Of a stretch of DNA of 50,973 nucleotides, positions 9,459 to 19,941 are shown piece after piece. Both the position numbers and the translations under genes were made by a program. The DNA comes from Acetobacteraceae bacterium (lineage in GTDB: Bacteria > Pseudomonadota > Alphaproteobacteria > Acetobacterales > Acetobacteraceae). Position 1 is the stretch's first letter. Every line of letters begins with the position of its first letter. The notes beneath the pieces are model-generated. The model made no database searches and was not told where the DNA came from. It saw only the letters and a program-made list of their open reading frames with translations. The stretch lies in the NCBI GenBank assembly GCA_027365195.1, contig DAHXNW010000282.1, positions 1-50,973 on the forward strand, given 5' to 3'.

Positions 9459-12299
9459 ATGACCAATCCGCTGGCACGTCTGCCGGAATTCGGACAATCG
9501 GTGTGGCTCGATTTCGTCAGTCGCTCGCTCCTGGAAAAGGGCGATCTGAAACGGCTGATCGAGGAAGACGGGCTGCGGGGCGTCACCTCCAATCCGAGCA
9601 TTTTTGAAAAGGCGATCGGTCACAGCGGCGAATATGACGATGAGTTGATCGCCTTCGAGACGGCTGGTGATCATTCTGTTTCGGAGTTGTTCGAGCATCT
9701 CGCGATCGCCGATATCCAGGCCGCAGCCGATCAGTTGCGCCCGGTATACGAGAGAACCAATGGGATCGATGGCTATATCAGTCTCGAAGTGTCGCCTTAT
9801 CTGGCGATGGCGACCGATGCCACCATTGCCGAGGCGCGGCGCCTGTGGCGCGCAGTGGATCGGCCGAATCTCATGGTCAAGGTGCCGGGCACGACGGCCG
9901 GCGCTCCGGCGATCCGGGTATTGATCGAAGAGGGACTGAACATAAACGTGACTCTGCTGTTCTCCATCGCTGCCTACGACGCGGTGGCGCAAGCCTATAT
10001 CGGCGGCCTCGAAGCGCGCGTGGCGAAAGGCGAGGACATCAGTCGTATCGCCAGCGTCGCGAGCTTTTTCGTTAGCCGCATCGATACGGCGGTGGACAAG
10101 ATCGTTGCCGAAAAACTGCCCACCGCCTCACCCGAAGTTGCCGCGAAGCTGCGTGGACTGAGCGGAAAGGTCGCCATCGCGAATGGAAAGCTGGCCTATC
10201 AGCACTACAAAAAACTGATCGCAGAACCGCGCTGGCACGCGCTGGCGGCAAAAGGTGCCAAGCCGCAGCGCCTGCTGTGGGCCTCCACCGGTACCAAGAG
10301 CAAGGAATTGCCCGATACGCTCTATGTCGATCAGTTGATCGGCCCGGAGACCGTCAACACCATGCCGCCGGCGACGATGCAGGCGGTGCGCGACCACGGC
10401 ACGCCCGCCAATACTGTCGAGGCCGATCTCGATGCCGCCCGCGCCGTGTTGCACACACTCAAAGAGCTTGGCATTTCCCTCGATGCCATCACTGACGATC
10501 TGGTGATCAAGGGTGTGGAGCAATTCGCCGGCGATGCCGACAAGCTCTATGGCGCGGTGGCGGCGCGACGGCGGACGGTGCTCGATGGCAAAGATCCGCT
10601 GCAACGGATTGCCTTCGCCGATAGCGATCTCTCTCAAGCGATGGCAACCGAGACCGAGCGCTGGCGCAGCGCCGGGCTGATCCGCCAGCTTTGGGCCAAG
10701 GACAAGGCGCTCTGGACCGGCGATGACGAAGATAAATGGCTCGGCTGGCTCACGATCGTCGACGAGGAAATCGATGATCTCGCGAAACTCGAAGCTTTTG
10801 CGCAAGAAGTCGTCAAGGCGCGGTTCAGCGATGTCGTGCTGCTCGGCATGGGTGGCTCCAGCCTCGGGCCCGAAGTGCTCGCCGAGACATTCGGCCATCG
10901 CGCCGGCTGGCCGCGTTTTCACATGCTGGACTCGACCGATCCGGCGCAGGTGCGTGCGATCGAGCATGCCATCAGCTTGAAGACGTCGCTGTTCATCGTT
11001 TCCAGTAAATCCGGCAGCACGCTGGAGCCGAATATTTTCCAGCAATATTTCTACGCACGTTTGCAGGATGCCGGCGTCGATGCCGGCGCGCATTTCGTCG
11101 CCGTGACCGATCCTGGCTCGGCGATGGAAAAAGTGGCGCAGCAGGAAGGCTTTCGCCATATTTTTCATGGTGTGCCTTCGATCGGCGGGCGCTATTCGGT
11201 GCTCTCCAAATTCGGCCTGGTCCCGGCCGCCGCGATCGGGGTCGACATCCGTGGTCTGCTGACCGCGGCACGCCAGATGGTGCGCAGCTGCGGGCCAGAC
11301 GTGCCGCCGGCCGAGAATGTCGGCGTGCAGCTCGGCGTGGCGATCGGCGTGCTGGCGAAACATGGCCGCGATAAGGTCACGCTGATCGCCTCGCCCGGCA
11401 TCGGCGATGTCGGCGCCTGGCTCGAACAATTGCTCGCTGAATCGACCGGCAAGCAGGGCAAGGGCGTTATCCCGGTGGCGACCGAGCCGGTCGTTTCTGC
11501 TGACTCATACAGCAAAGATCGGCTTTTCGCGTATCTCCGGCTACAGGATGGTGCTGATCCTGAACAAGACCGCTTCGTTGCTGCGCTGGAAGCCGCAGGA
11601 CAGCCTGTGGTGCATATCGGCGTGCGATCCGCCTTGCATATCGGCCAGGAATTTTTTCGCTGGGAAATCGCGACGGCAGTCGCCGGTGCGGTGATCGGCA
11701 TCAACGCTTTCAATCAGCCGGATGTCGAAGCGAGCAAGATCAAAACCAAAGCGCTGACGGCGGAATTTGAAAAAACGGGAAAACTGCCGACTGAGACACC
11801 GATTTTTGAAGATGAACACCTGCAAATTTATGCCGACGCCAAGAACGCGGCGGCACTCGGTACGCCCTCATCGATCGCCGGCTGGCTCGCCGCTCATTTC
11901 GCCCGTGTGACTGCTGGCGACTATATCGGCTTGATTGCCTATATCGAGCGTAACGAGGCGCATACCGAGGCGATGCAGACGATACGCGCGCATCTCCTGC
12001 GGTCCAAGGGCGTGGCGACGTGCCTCGGTTTCGGGCCGCGCTTCCTGCATTCGACAGGACAAGCGTATAAAGGTGGCCCGAATTCCGGTGTGTTTTTACA
12101 AATAACCTGCCACGATCAGGAAAATCTGGCAATTCCTGGGCAGGCGTTCGGCTTTGGCATGGTGAAATCGGCGCAGGCGCGCGGGGATATGGGTGTGCTC
12201 GTCGAACGCGGACGGCGTGTATTGCGCATTCATATCAAAGCCGGTGTGCCCGATGGGCTTCGATCTTTGTCAGAGGCCGTCAAGACAATCAAGAATTGA
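9459..12299 (+). CDS. Bifunctional transaldolase / glucose-6-phosphate isomerase
   Basis: 946 aa from ATG 9459 ([19 protein letters not shown]). The N-terminal ~370 aa are transaldolase-like ([26 protein letters not shown]). The C-terminal part is PGI-like ([39 protein letters not shown]). The track ORF starts upstream at 9210, inside the tkt 3' end. Confidence 0.9.
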   Translation: MTNPLARLPEFGQSVWLDFVSRSLLEKGDLKRLIEEDGLRGVTSNPSIFEKAIGHSGEYDDELIAFETAGDHSVSELFEHLAIADIQAAADQLRPVYERTNGIDGYISLEVSPYLAMATDATIAEARRLWRAVDRPNLMVKVPGTTAGAPAIRVLIEEGLNINVTLLFSIAAYDAVAQAYIGGLEARVAKGEDISRIASVASFFVSRIDTAVDKIVAEKLPTASPEVAAKLRGLSGKVAIANGKLAYQHYKKLIAEPRWHALAAKGAKPQRLLWASTGTKSKELPDTLYVDQLIGPETVNTMPPATMQAVRDHGTPANTVEADLDAARAVLHTLKELGISLDAITDDLVIKGVEQFAGDADKLYGAVAARRRTVLDGKDPLQRIAFADSDLSQAMATETERWRSAGLIRQLWAKDKALWTGDDEDKWLGWLTIVDEEIDDLAKLEAFAQEVVKARFSDVVLLGMGGSSLGPEVLAETFGHRAGWPRFHMLDSTDPAQVRAIEHAISLKTSLFIVSSKSGSTLEPNIFQQYFYARLQDAGVDAGAHFVAVTDPGSAMEKVAQQEGFRHIFHGVPSIGGRYSVLSKFGLVPAAAIGVDIRGLLTAARQMVRSCGPDVPPAENVGVQLGVAIGVLAKHGRDKVTLIASPGIGDVGAWLEQLLAESTGKQGKGVIPVATEPVVSADSYSKDRLFAYLRLQDGADPEQDRFVAALEAAGQPVVHIGVRSALHIGQEFFRWEIATAVAGAVIGINAFNQPDVEASKIKTKALTAEFEKTGKLPTETPIFEDEHLQIYADAKNAAALGTPSSIAGWLAAHFARVTAGDYIGLIAYIERNEAHTEAMQTIRAHLLRSKGVATCLGFGPRFLHSTGQAYKGGPNSGVFLQITCHDQENLAIPGQAFGFGMVKSAQARGDMGVLVERGRRVLRIHIKAGVPDGLRSLSEAVKTIKN

Positions 12300-12312
12300 A
12301 GGAGCGCGGACG

Positions 12313-13305
12313 ATGCAACTTGGTATGATCGGTCTTGGGCGCATGGGCGGCAACATCGTGCGACGTATCATGCGCGATGGTCACACGGCAGTGGTGTTCG
12401 ATAAATCCGCCGATGCGGTCAAATCGCTGGTCGGCGACGGCGCCGAGGGAAGCAATTCACTGGAGCAATTCGTCGAGCGACTCACGAAGCCCCGCGTGGC
12501 TTGGGTCATGCTGCCGGCCGGCAAGATCACCGAGGAGACGATTGAGCATCTCGCAAAGCTGTTCGAGCCGGGCGATATCATCATCGATGGCGGCAATTCC
12601 TTCTACAAGGATGATATCCGACGCGCCAAAGCTCTCAAGCAGTATCACGGCATCCATTATATTGATGTCGGCACATCCGGCGGCGTGTGGGGGCTGGAGC
12701 GCGGCTATTGCATGATGATTGGTGGCGATAAGGCGAGTGTTGATCGGCTGGATCCGCTGTTCAAAACCATCGCTCCTGGCCGTGGCACGATTCCCGTCAC
12801 ACCGCACCGCGAGAAACGCGATCCACGCGCCGAGATGGGCTATATCCATGCCGGCCCCGCCGGCGCAGGGCATTTCGTTAAAATGGTGCATAATGGCATC
12901 GAATACGGATTGATGCAGGCTTATGCCGAAGGCTTCGATATTCTGCGCAACAAGAATTCCGATCAGTTGCCCGAGGACCAGCGTTTCGACCTCAACATGC
13001 CGGATATCGCGGAAGTCTGGCGGCGTGGCAGCGTGATCTCCTCCTGGCTGCTCGATCTGACGTCGATCGCTTTGGCGCAGCATCCGGATCTGGAAAATTT
13101 TAGCGGCTCGGTGGAAGATTCCGGGGAAGGTCGCTGGACCATCGATGCGGCGGTGGAAGAGGCGGTCTCTGCCAATGTGCTTGCGGCGTCGTTGTTCGCG
13201 CGCTTCCGCTCTCGCGAGCAACATACGTACGGCGAGAAAATGCTTTCGGCGATGCGCTTCGGTTTCGGCGGACACGTAGAGCCGCCATCAGGATCGAAGG
13301 GCTGA
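12313..13305 (+). CDS. gnd: 6-phosphogluconate dehydrogenase (decarboxylating), short ~330-aa type
   Basis: Start at ATG 12313 ([18 protein letters not shown], Rossmann motif) preceded by GGAG. Blocks [51 protein letters not shown]. Confidence 0.9.
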   Translation: MQLGMIGLGRMGGNIVRRIMRDGHTAVVFDKSADAVKSLVGDGAEGSNSLEQFVERLTKPRVAWVMLPAGKITEETIEHLAKLFEPGDIIIDGGNSFYKDDIRRAKALKQYHGIHYIDVGTSGGVWGLERGYCMMIGGDKASVDRLDPLFKTIAPGRGTIPVTPHREKRDPRAEMGYIHAGPAGAGHFVKMVHNGIEYGLMQAYAEGFDILRNKNSDQLPEDQRFDLNMPDIAEVWRRGSVISSWLLDLTSIALAQHPDLENFSGSVEDSGEGRWTIDAAVEEAVSANVLAASLFARFRSREQHTYGEKMLSAMRFGFGGHVEPPSGSKG

Positions 13306-13309
13306 AACG

Positions 13310-14863
13310 ATGAGCTTAGCGAACGAAGGGGCCGCCAAGGCACGCAAGCATGCCTATGCGGTAGCGCCGGCCGCCACCATGGTGATTTTTGGTGCTGGTG
13401 GTGATCTCACCAAACGTCTCGTCACGCCGGCGCTCTATAATCTCGTGCTCGGGGGCATGCTGGCCGATGATTTCTCGATCATCGGTGTCGACATCGCCGA
13501 TTTGACCGATGAATCCTGGCGCAAGAGCCTCTCCGATACCATCCATTCCTTCGTCGGCCAGAAGGGGGTGGAGTTCGAAGCCAAGTCGATCGATCCAAAG
13601 GCATGGCAATGGCTCGCCAATCGGATGATGTATATGAAAGGCGACTTTGCAAACCCGAAAACTTTCGAGCAGTTGGGCCAAAAGCTCAAGAGCAAAGAGG
13701 GTGACAAGGGAGGTAATCGGCTGTTCTACCTCGCCGTCGCCGATCGGTTTTTTGGTCCGCTGATCGAACAACTCGGTGCTGCCGGTTTGACAAAGGAAAG
13801 CGATGGAGCGTGGCGGCGTGTCGTCGTGGAGAAGCCGTTCGGTCATGATCTGAAATCAGCCAAGGCGCTGAACAGCCAGATCCTCGGCGTGCTCGACGAG
13901 AGCCAGATCTATCGCATCGATCATTTCCTCGGCAAGGAGACGGTGCAGAATATCATGATGCTACGGTTCGGCAATGTCGCTTTCGAATCGCTTTGGAATC
14001 GTGATCACATCGACCATGTGCAGATTTCAGCCATCGAAACCGTGGGTGTGGAGCAGCGCGGCGGATTTTACGATCATGCCGGGGCGCTTCGCGATATGGT
14101 ACCCAACCATCTGTTCCAACTCCTCGCCGTCGCAGCGATGGAACCGCCGGTGTCTTTCGATGCGGATGCGGTGCGGGCAGAAAAATCGAAAGTGCTGCAG
14201 GCGGTGCATCATTTCGATCGCGAAGGGGCGCTCCGCGACAGCGTGCGCGGCCAGTATGACGCCGGCGAAGTGGGCGGCCAGAAGGCCAACGCCTATCGTG
14301 CGGAGCCGCAGGTCGATCCACAGTCCAACACCGAAACCTATATCGCCGCGAAATTGATGATCGATAATTGGCGTTGGGGCGGTGTGCCGTTCTACATCCG
14401 CACCGGCAAGCATCTCGCCGCGCGCCGCACCGAGATCGTCATACAGTTCCGTACCCCGCCATTCACCCTGTTCCGACAGACCGGTACGGAATCGCTGCCG
14501 GCGAACCAGTTGGTGTTGCGCATTCAACCCGATGATGGGATTTCACTCGAGTTCAATGCCAAAGTGCCAGGCCCCCAGGTGGTGCCGAAGACCGTCGGGA
14601 TGGAATTTCGCTACAAGGATTATTTTTCCGAAACACCCGGTACGGGGTATGAAATTCTGCTCTACGACTGCATGTGCGGTGACGCGACGTTGTTTCAGCG
14701 AGCGGATTTCGTCGAGGCGGGATGGGCGGTTGTGCAGCCGATTCTCGATGCATGGAGCAGCAAGAAACCGGTGTTTCCCAATTATGCTTCCGGCAGTTTT
14801 GGCCCGAAAGATGCTGATGCCCTGCTGGCACGCGACGGGCGCGCGTGGCGGAATATATCGTGA
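13310..14863 (+). CDS. zwf: Glucose-6-phosphate 1-dehydrogenase
   Basis: 517 aa. Blocks VIFGAGGDLTKRL, RIDHFLGKETVQNI (the RIDHYLGKE active-site block), LRDMVPNHLFQLL. Confidence 0.95.
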   Translation: MSLANEGAAKARKHAYAVAPAATMVIFGAGGDLTKRLVTPALYNLVLGGMLADDFSIIGVDIADLTDESWRKSLSDTIHSFVGQKGVEFEAKSIDPKAWQWLANRMMYMKGDFANPKTFEQLGQKLKSKEGDKGGNRLFYLAVADRFFGPLIEQLGAAGLTKESDGAWRRVVVEKPFGHDLKSAKALNSQILGVLDESQIYRIDHFLGKETVQNIMMLRFGNVAFESLWNRDHIDHVQISAIETVGVEQRGGFYDHAGALRDMVPNHLFQLLAVAAMEPPVSFDADAVRAEKSKVLQAVHHFDREGALRDSVRGQYDAGEVGGQKANAYRAEPQVDPQSNTETYIAAKLMIDNWRWGGVPFYIRTGKHLAARRTEIVIQFRTPPFTLFRQTGTESLPANQLVLRIQPDDGISLEFNAKVPGPQVVPKTVGMEFRYKDYFSETPGTGYEILLYDCMCGDATLFQRADFVEAGWAVVQPILDAWSSKKPVFPNYASGSFGPKDADALLARDGRAWRNIS

Positions 14864-15678
14864 TGGATACGAAAGCGATCGCGCTGGTGCTCGCGGATGT
14901 CGATGGCACCTTGGTTACCCACGAGAAGGTTCTAACCGAGCGGGCGAAGCGGGCCGTTGCATCGCTTCGCTCTCACGGTATCGGCTTCGCGGTTACGAGC
15001 GGCCGGCCACCACGCGGTATGGCGATGCTGTTTGCCGATCTGGCGTTATCGACGCCGGTTGCCGGTTTCAACGGCGGCCTCATCGTGAGTACAGATCTCA
15101 GAGTGATCGAATCACGCGTGATTCCCGATGAAGTCACCAAGCCGGCGGTCGAGCGGCTGCTCGCCTCTCATCTGGATGTCTGGCTCTATATCGGCAACGA
15201 CTGGCTGGTGCGTGACAGCGCTGCGCCGCATGTCGATCGGGAGGCGAAAACCGTTGGATTCATGCCGAAGGTCGTCGATTCGCTCGATGATCATCTCTCC
15301 GGCGTGACCAAGATCGTGGGCGTCAGCGACGATGAGGCGCTGATGCAGCGGTGCGAGAGCGAGGCGCAGAAAGCATTCGGTGCACATGCGACGGTTGCCT
15401 GCTCGCAGCCCTATTATCTCGATATCACGCATCGGGATGCGAACAAGGGAGCGGTGGTCGAATTCCTCTCCAAGCATCTCGGCATCGCCGCTGAAAATAT
15501 CGCGACGATCGGTGATCAGCCAAACGATATCTCGATGTTTCGTAAAAGCGGGTTGAGCATCGCAATGGGCAATGCCGCCGATCATGTGAAGGCAGAGGCG
15601 CGTGTCAGCACTGCCTCTTGTGACGATGAGGGCTTTGCCATAGCGATGGAAAAATTCGTCCTGGCGTCGCATGAATAG
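14863..15678 (+). CDS. HAD-superfamily Cof-type (IIB) phosphatase
   Basis: 271 aa from ATG 14863 (TGATG junction with the zwf stop). HAD motifs LADVDGTL (DxD), VTSGRP, GDQPNDISMF. The track ORF uses an upstream GTG at 14845. Confidence 0.8.
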   Translation: MDTKAIALVLADVDGTLVTHEKVLTERAKRAVASLRSHGIGFAVTSGRPPRGMAMLFADLALSTPVAGFNGGLIVSTDLRVIESRVIPDEVTKPAVERLLASHLDVWLYIGNDWLVRDSAAPHVDREAKTVGFMPKVVDSLDDHLSGVTKIVGVSDDEALMQRCESEAQKAFGAHATVACSQPYYLDITHRDANKGAVVEFLSKHLGIAAENIATIGDQPNDISMFRKSGLSIAMGNAADHVKAEARVSTASCDDEGFAIAMEKFVLASHE

Positions 15679-16396
15679 CTGGCAGAGTGGACGCTCCGTC
15701 ATCGGAGAGGATCCGGCGGATGTCGCGCGCATCGTGGCGGACTGGTTGCGGGGGCGGATTGCTGCGTCTTCGGGCGTTTTCAGGATCGCACTGTCCGGCG
15801 GTTCGACGCCGAAAATCCTGTTCGAACTGCTGGCAACGCCGGCCTATGCCGAGGCGATCGATTGGGCGCGCGTGCAATTATTCTGGGGCGATGAACGCTT
15901 CGTCCCGCCGGAACATCCGGAGAGCAATTTCGGCATGACCAGACGGGCGATGCTGGAGCACGTCCGTATCCCTGCGCAGAACATTCATCCCGTGCCGTTC
16001 ACCGGCACGGCGGATACTGCAGCCACGACCTACGAGGCCGATCTGCGTGCCGCTTATGGCCGTGCCGCGCTCGTGCCGGAGGCTGCCCTGTTCGATGTGG
16101 TATTCCTGGGCCTTGGCGAGGATGGGCACACCGCATCGCTGATCCCAGGCGAGCCAGTGCTGGAGGAGAGCGAGCGCTGGGTGGCGGCGGTGGCGCATGG
16201 TCGGCCACAGGCACGCATCACGCTCACCTATCCCGCCATTCGCAGCAGTGCGGCGGTGGCGTTTCTGGTGACGGGTGCTGGAAAGTCGGCCATCGTCGCG
16301 CGCATGCGCGACGGTGAGGCAAAGGTGCCGGCGGCCAGGATCACGTCCACCGGCGAAATCGTCTGGTTCCTCGATCGGGCGGCGAGCGGGGTTTGA
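15671..16396 (+). CDS. pgl: 6-phosphogluconolactonase
   Basis: 241 aa. Blocks ALSGGSTPK, WGDERFVPPEHPESN, LGLGEDGHTASL. 8-nt overlap with the HAD gene. Confidence 0.9.
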   Translation: MNSWQSGRSVIGEDPADVARIVADWLRGRIAASSGVFRIALSGGSTPKILFELLATPAYAEAIDWARVQLFWGDERFVPPEHPESNFGMTRRAMLEHVRIPAQNIHPVPFTGTADTAATTYEADLRAAYGRAALVPEAALFDVVFLGLGEDGHTASLIPGEPVLEESERWVAAVAHGRPQARITLTYPAIRSSAAVAFLVTGAGKSAIVARMRDGEAKVPAARITSTGEIVWFLDRAASGV

Positions 16397-16408
16397 CTCT
16401 GGCCCTGA

Positions 16409-17437
16409 TCAGGCTCTGACCCGGCCGCGCGGCGCGGCGCGGATCAGCAGTTCTGCTGCCACGATCACGGCCTGTTGCGCGTCGGCGGCGGTGGCGTCGG
16501 CGCCCATCGTCACGGCCAGGCCGGGACGTTCGTTGAATATCGGGCCGCCGACCATCACCGCGAGGCTGCGATTGCGTGAGGCGCGGCGTGCCAGCCGGAT
16601 GGTGGAGCGGAGTACCGGCAGGAGCCGGTCGCTACTGACGCTGAGCCCCAGGATGGCGAAATCCTCATCGCGCAGCTGAGCGGCAATCGCATTCGCGCGT
16701 GGCTCGCCGAGCGTCACCGCCCAGCCGGCCCGACGCAGAAAGGCAGCGACCATGGCGAGGCCGAGACCGTGCTGTTCGCCCGGCGCGGTTGCGAGCAGAA
16801 TGCGGCGCGGCGGATCGTTGGCCGGGATCGGTGGGGTGAAATCGGCGTCGAGTTCGCGCAGCATATGGCGCAACACGCCGACACCGGCGGTGACGGCGGC
16901 GCAATCGCAGCGGTCATCGACCCATAATTCACCAAGGCGGCGCGCCGCAGGTGCCAGCGTATCGAGGCACAGCGCCTCCGCGCTCACCTGTCGCGCACGC
17001 AAGCTGGCGTGAGCGGCGGAGACATGGCCGGCGAGCAGCAGGCCGGGCAAATCCATACGCGTCGGATCGCGCCCGAGCAGCACGCGGCCACCGTCTCGGG
17101 TTTGCAGCGCGACGGCGTAGAGCATGGGGACATCCGCCGCGCCCTCGCGCCGATGTTCGACATGCCGCCAGCGCAAGGGCGAGCGTGGCACGTCGGAGAG
17201 GAGCGCCCGCGCCGCTGCGTCACTGTCCGGCGTGAGGGTGCCGAGCCAGCGCTGCTGCTCCCACCCGGCGCCGCCACCGAGCGCGCGCGCCAGATCGGGA
17301 TCCTGGATCGAGAATTGGCAGAGCCGTCCGCGCGCATCGAGCACCAGAGTGCAGTCCGCCGCCGCATTGAGCAGGGCCGCAACCTCCGCACTGGCGAGCG
17401 TGCCGAGGCATTCGCCGAGATGTTGTGCTTTACTCAA
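16409..17437 (-). CDS. Cobalamin (B12)-binding domain protein with PAS-like N-terminal region (PpaA/AerR-like sensor candidate)
   Basis: 342 aa. The C-terminal domain carries the three B12-binding elements: GEQHGLG (the DxHxxG position, with E for D), GLSVSS and VMVGGPIF. The N-terminal ~120 aa look PAS-like. No HTH was recognised. The start codon in the track is TTG, so the start is uncertain. Confidence 0.6.
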   Translation of the reverse strand: MSKAQHLGECLGTLASAEVAALLNAAADCTLVLDARGRLCQFSIQDPDLARALGGGAGWEQQRWLGTLTPDSDAAARALLSDVPRSPLRWRHVEHRREGAADVPMLYAVALQTRDGGRVLLGRDPTRMDLPGLLLAGHVSAAHASLRARQVSAEALCLDTLAPAARRLGELWVDDRCDCAAVTAGVGVLRHMLRELDADFTPPIPANDPPRRILLATAPGEQHGLGLAMVAAFLRRAGWAVTLGEPRANAIAAQLRDEDFAILGLSVSSDRLLPVLRSTIRLARRASRNRSLAVMVGGPIFNERPGLAVTMGADATAADAQQAVIVAAELLIRAAPRGRVRA

Positions 17438-17528
17438 AATCTTGCCGCCTCACGCATATGCATGAAATCTTATATAAGGCATCAGCATGCGGCATGCCAG
17501 CGGCCCCGCGCCACAATTGCGGCTGCAC

Positions 17529-18803
17529 TCAGGCCGGATGCAATGCCATCCCCGGCAGCATCCGGCTGGCCAGCGAGAGGGCGCGGAAGGTGAGTTTGAA
17601 GGCGGCGATCGGCAGATGCGCGCGCAGGCTGGCGGGCGCGTGGCCGCCCAGCATCTGCACCAGCCCGTCGCGCATGCGCAGCACATTGCTCGGCGACATG
17701 AACATATGGCGCAGTACCGGGTCGTTGATCCGGTGGATCAGCCAGCCGAACTGGTCCATCTCGCGGCCGCCCTTGCGTGCTGCGCGGCGGGCGGCGGCGC
17801 GGCCGGCACGCGGATCGTCGAGCCAGGCGCGCGCGACCCCGGCGGCACGCTCGCCCGAGGTCATCGCCATCAGCACGCCGCTCGAAAACACCGGATCGAT
17901 GAAGCCGAAGGCATCGCCGATCAGGAAAAACCCTTCGCCCCAGGCCGATCGCGCGCGGTAGGAGTAATTGCCGGTGCCGCTCACCGGCGAGGCGAGGGTG
18001 CTGCCTTGCAAGCGCGGGCGCAGCGTCGGGCTGGCGTGCAGCCGGGCGAGCAGCAGCGTCTGCATGTCGGTATGGCCTTTGAAGGCCGCCGTCGGGCCGA
18101 CGTAGCCGATGCTGGTCACGCCATCGGGCAGCGGGATGGTCCAGATCCAGCCCTCGGCGCAGAGATGGATGGTGATGAACCCCTCGGTTTCCGCCGAATT
18201 TGGCGCGACGCCGTGGAAATGGCCGAACACGGCGGCGGTGTTGTTGCGCTTGTCGAGGCTGCGGGTGCCGAGGGCGTTGGCGAGGAAACTGTCGCGGCCG
18301 GAGGCGTCGAGCACGAAGCGCGGCGCGAGGCGGCGGATGGCGCCGCCTTCGACTTCCGCCTGCACCAGGGCGCGGCCCCCCGCCGTCGGCAGGCGCACAT
18401 TGCGCACCCGCACGCCCTCCGCCGCCCGCGCGCCGCGTGCGCTGGCATTGGCGAACAGGGCGGCGTCGAACTCGGCGCGGCGGACGTGGCAGGCATAGCT
18501 GCAGCCCTGTTGGAGCGAATCGGCGAAGCGGAAGGCGACGCCGGCGCCACTCGCATCGGAGACGAATTCGGCGCCGGGCTTGTGTACCCCCATCGCCTCC
18601 ACCTGCGGGCGGATGCCGAGCCGCTCGAACAATTCCATGTTGCGCGGCAGCAGGGACTCGCCGATGTGAAAGCGTGGATGGCGGGATTTTTCCAGCAGCA
18701 CGGTATCCACCCCCTGCGCCGCCAGCAGGGCCGCGGCCGTGCTGCCGCCCGGGCCGCCGCCGATCACCAGTACATCGCACGCCTCGGCATCATTCTCGTT
18801 CAC
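17529..18803 (-). CDS. FAD-dependent halogenase-like monooxygenase
   Basis: 424 aa from GTG 18803 (GTGA overlap with the upstream reductase stop). Motifs: GxGxxG (VLVIGGGPGG), WxWxIP (GWIWTIP) and FxxPxxSxG (FIDPVFSSG). The track ORF 17529..19217 extends upstream into the fabG-like gene in another frame. Confidence 0.7.
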   Translation of the reverse strand: MNENDAEACDVLVIGGGPGGSTAAALLAAQGVDTVLLEKSRHPRFHIGESLLPRNMELFERLGIRPQVEAMGVHKPGAEFVSDASGAGVAFRFADSLQQGCSYACHVRRAEFDAALFANASARGARAAEGVRVRNVRLPTAGGRALVQAEVEGGAIRRLAPRFVLDASGRDSFLANALGTRSLDKRNNTAAVFGHFHGVAPNSAETEGFITIHLCAEGWIWTIPLPDGVTSIGYVGPTAAFKGHTDMQTLLLARLHASPTLRPRLQGSTLASPVSGTGNYSYRARSAWGEGFFLIGDAFGFIDPVFSSGVLMAMTSGERAAGVARAWLDDPRAGRAAARRAARKGGREMDQFGWLIHRINDPVLRHMFMSPSNVLRMRDGLVQMLGGHAPASLRAHLPIAAFKLTFRALSLASRMLPGMALHPA

Positions 18804-19519
18804 GCCATACCCCCGTTGATCGAAATCGTCTGCCCGGTGATGTAGCCTGCCACGTCGGAGGCGAGGAAAGCTACCAGTTCCGCAACGTCCTCCGGTGTGC
18901 CGGCGCGTTTCATCGGCACCAGTGCCTCGATCTGCGCGCGGCTGAGTGCTGCAGTCACCGCCGGCGAGGCGATGATGCCGGGGGCCACCGCATTCACCGT
19001 GATGCCACGGCTCGCTACCTCGCGCGCGAGCGACTTCACCGCACCGATCAGCCCGGCCTTGGCCGCCGCGTAATTCGCCTGGCCGCGATTGCCGAGGAGG
19101 GCGGAGACCGAGGCGATGGCGATGATGCGGCCCTGGCGCGTCGCCATCATCGGCAGCAGCAGCGGCCGGGTGAGGGCGAAAAATCCGGTCAGCGAAACCT
19201 CCACCACCCCCCGCCACTGCTGCTCCGTCATGCCGGCGAGCGGGGCGTCGTCATGCGTGCCGGCGTTATGCACCAGCACCTGCGGCACGCCCGCCGCCAG
19301 CACCGGGGCGAGGGCGTCCGCCGTCGCCGCGATATCGGTAAGGTCGCAGAGCAGCGTCTCCGCGCTGCCGCCGCCGGTGCCGATCTCCGCCGCCAGCGCC
19401 GCGGCACCGGCGGCATTGGCGTGGGCATGCACGATCACGTGCAGGCCACTCGCCGCGAGGCGTCGGCAGATCGCTGCCCCGAGCGGGCTCGCCCCGCCGC
19501 TGACCAGCGCGCGCTTCAT
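18800..19519 (-). CDS. 3-oxoacyl-ACP reductase (SDR, FabG-like ketoreductase)
   Basis: 239 aa from ATG 19519 (MKRALVSGGASPLGAAI; ATGA overlap with the dehydratase stop). SDR blocks VHNAG, NYAAAKAGLIG (YxxxK), PGIIASP. Confidence 0.85.
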   Translation of the reverse strand: MKRALVSGGASPLGAAICRRLAASGLHVIVHAHANAAGAAALAAEIGTGGGSAETLLCDLTDIAATADALAPVLAAGVPQVLVHNAGTHDDAPLAGMTEQQWRGVVEVSLTGFFALTRPLLLPMMATRQGRIIAIASVSALLGNRGQANYAAAKAGLIGAVKSLAREVASRGITVNAVAPGIIASPAVTAALSRAQIEALVPMKRAGTPEDVAELVAFLASDVAGYITGQTISINGGMA

Positions 19520-19941
19520 GCCGGCATGGCGACGGTTGCCTGCCCACGCAGCAGCCATGCGCCGGAGGAGGCGTGCAACGCCAGCGCGTAGAGAAAGCCG
19601 CCGGCCGACTGCCCGAGCAGCCGCGCCTCGATGCAGAGCGCGCCGTGCGCCGGATCATCGAGCCGCGCCGCGTCGAACCGCACATCGCGCAGGGCGGCGA
19701 GATAGCCGGCGCGCTGCGCCACGCCGCCGCCGCGCAGCGCCCCGTGCAATGCCGCCGCCTGTAGCCCGTATTCCACCCCGGCGACGATGCCGAGCCGGCC
19801 GCCGGCGCGCAGCGGATTGGCCGGGTCGAGATGCGAGACGGCGGTGCAGCGGATCGCCACCGCGTCCCAGCCGATCACCCGCTCCAGCAGACAACTCGCC
19901 CCCCGATGCGGGATCAGCGCCATGATCGCCTCCCGCAGCAT
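19516..19941 (-). CDS. Hotdog-fold 3-hydroxyacyl-ACP dehydratase-like protein
   Basis: 141 aa. The N-terminal LIPHRGASCLL motif and the size and position between the CLF-like gene and the KR match ApeP/ApeI-type dehydratases of aryl polyene clusters. Confidence 0.6.
   Translation of the reverse strand: MLREAIMALIPHRGASCLLERVIGWDAVAIRCTAVSHLDPANPLRAGGRLGIVAGVEYGLQAAALHGALRGGGVAQRAGYLAALRDVRFDAARLDDPAHGALCIEARLLGQSAGGFLYALALHASSGAWLLRGQATVAMPA

Noticed and set aside
10128-11429. 433-aa minus-strand ORF
   Set aside because: Antisense shadow of the transaldolase/PGI gene.
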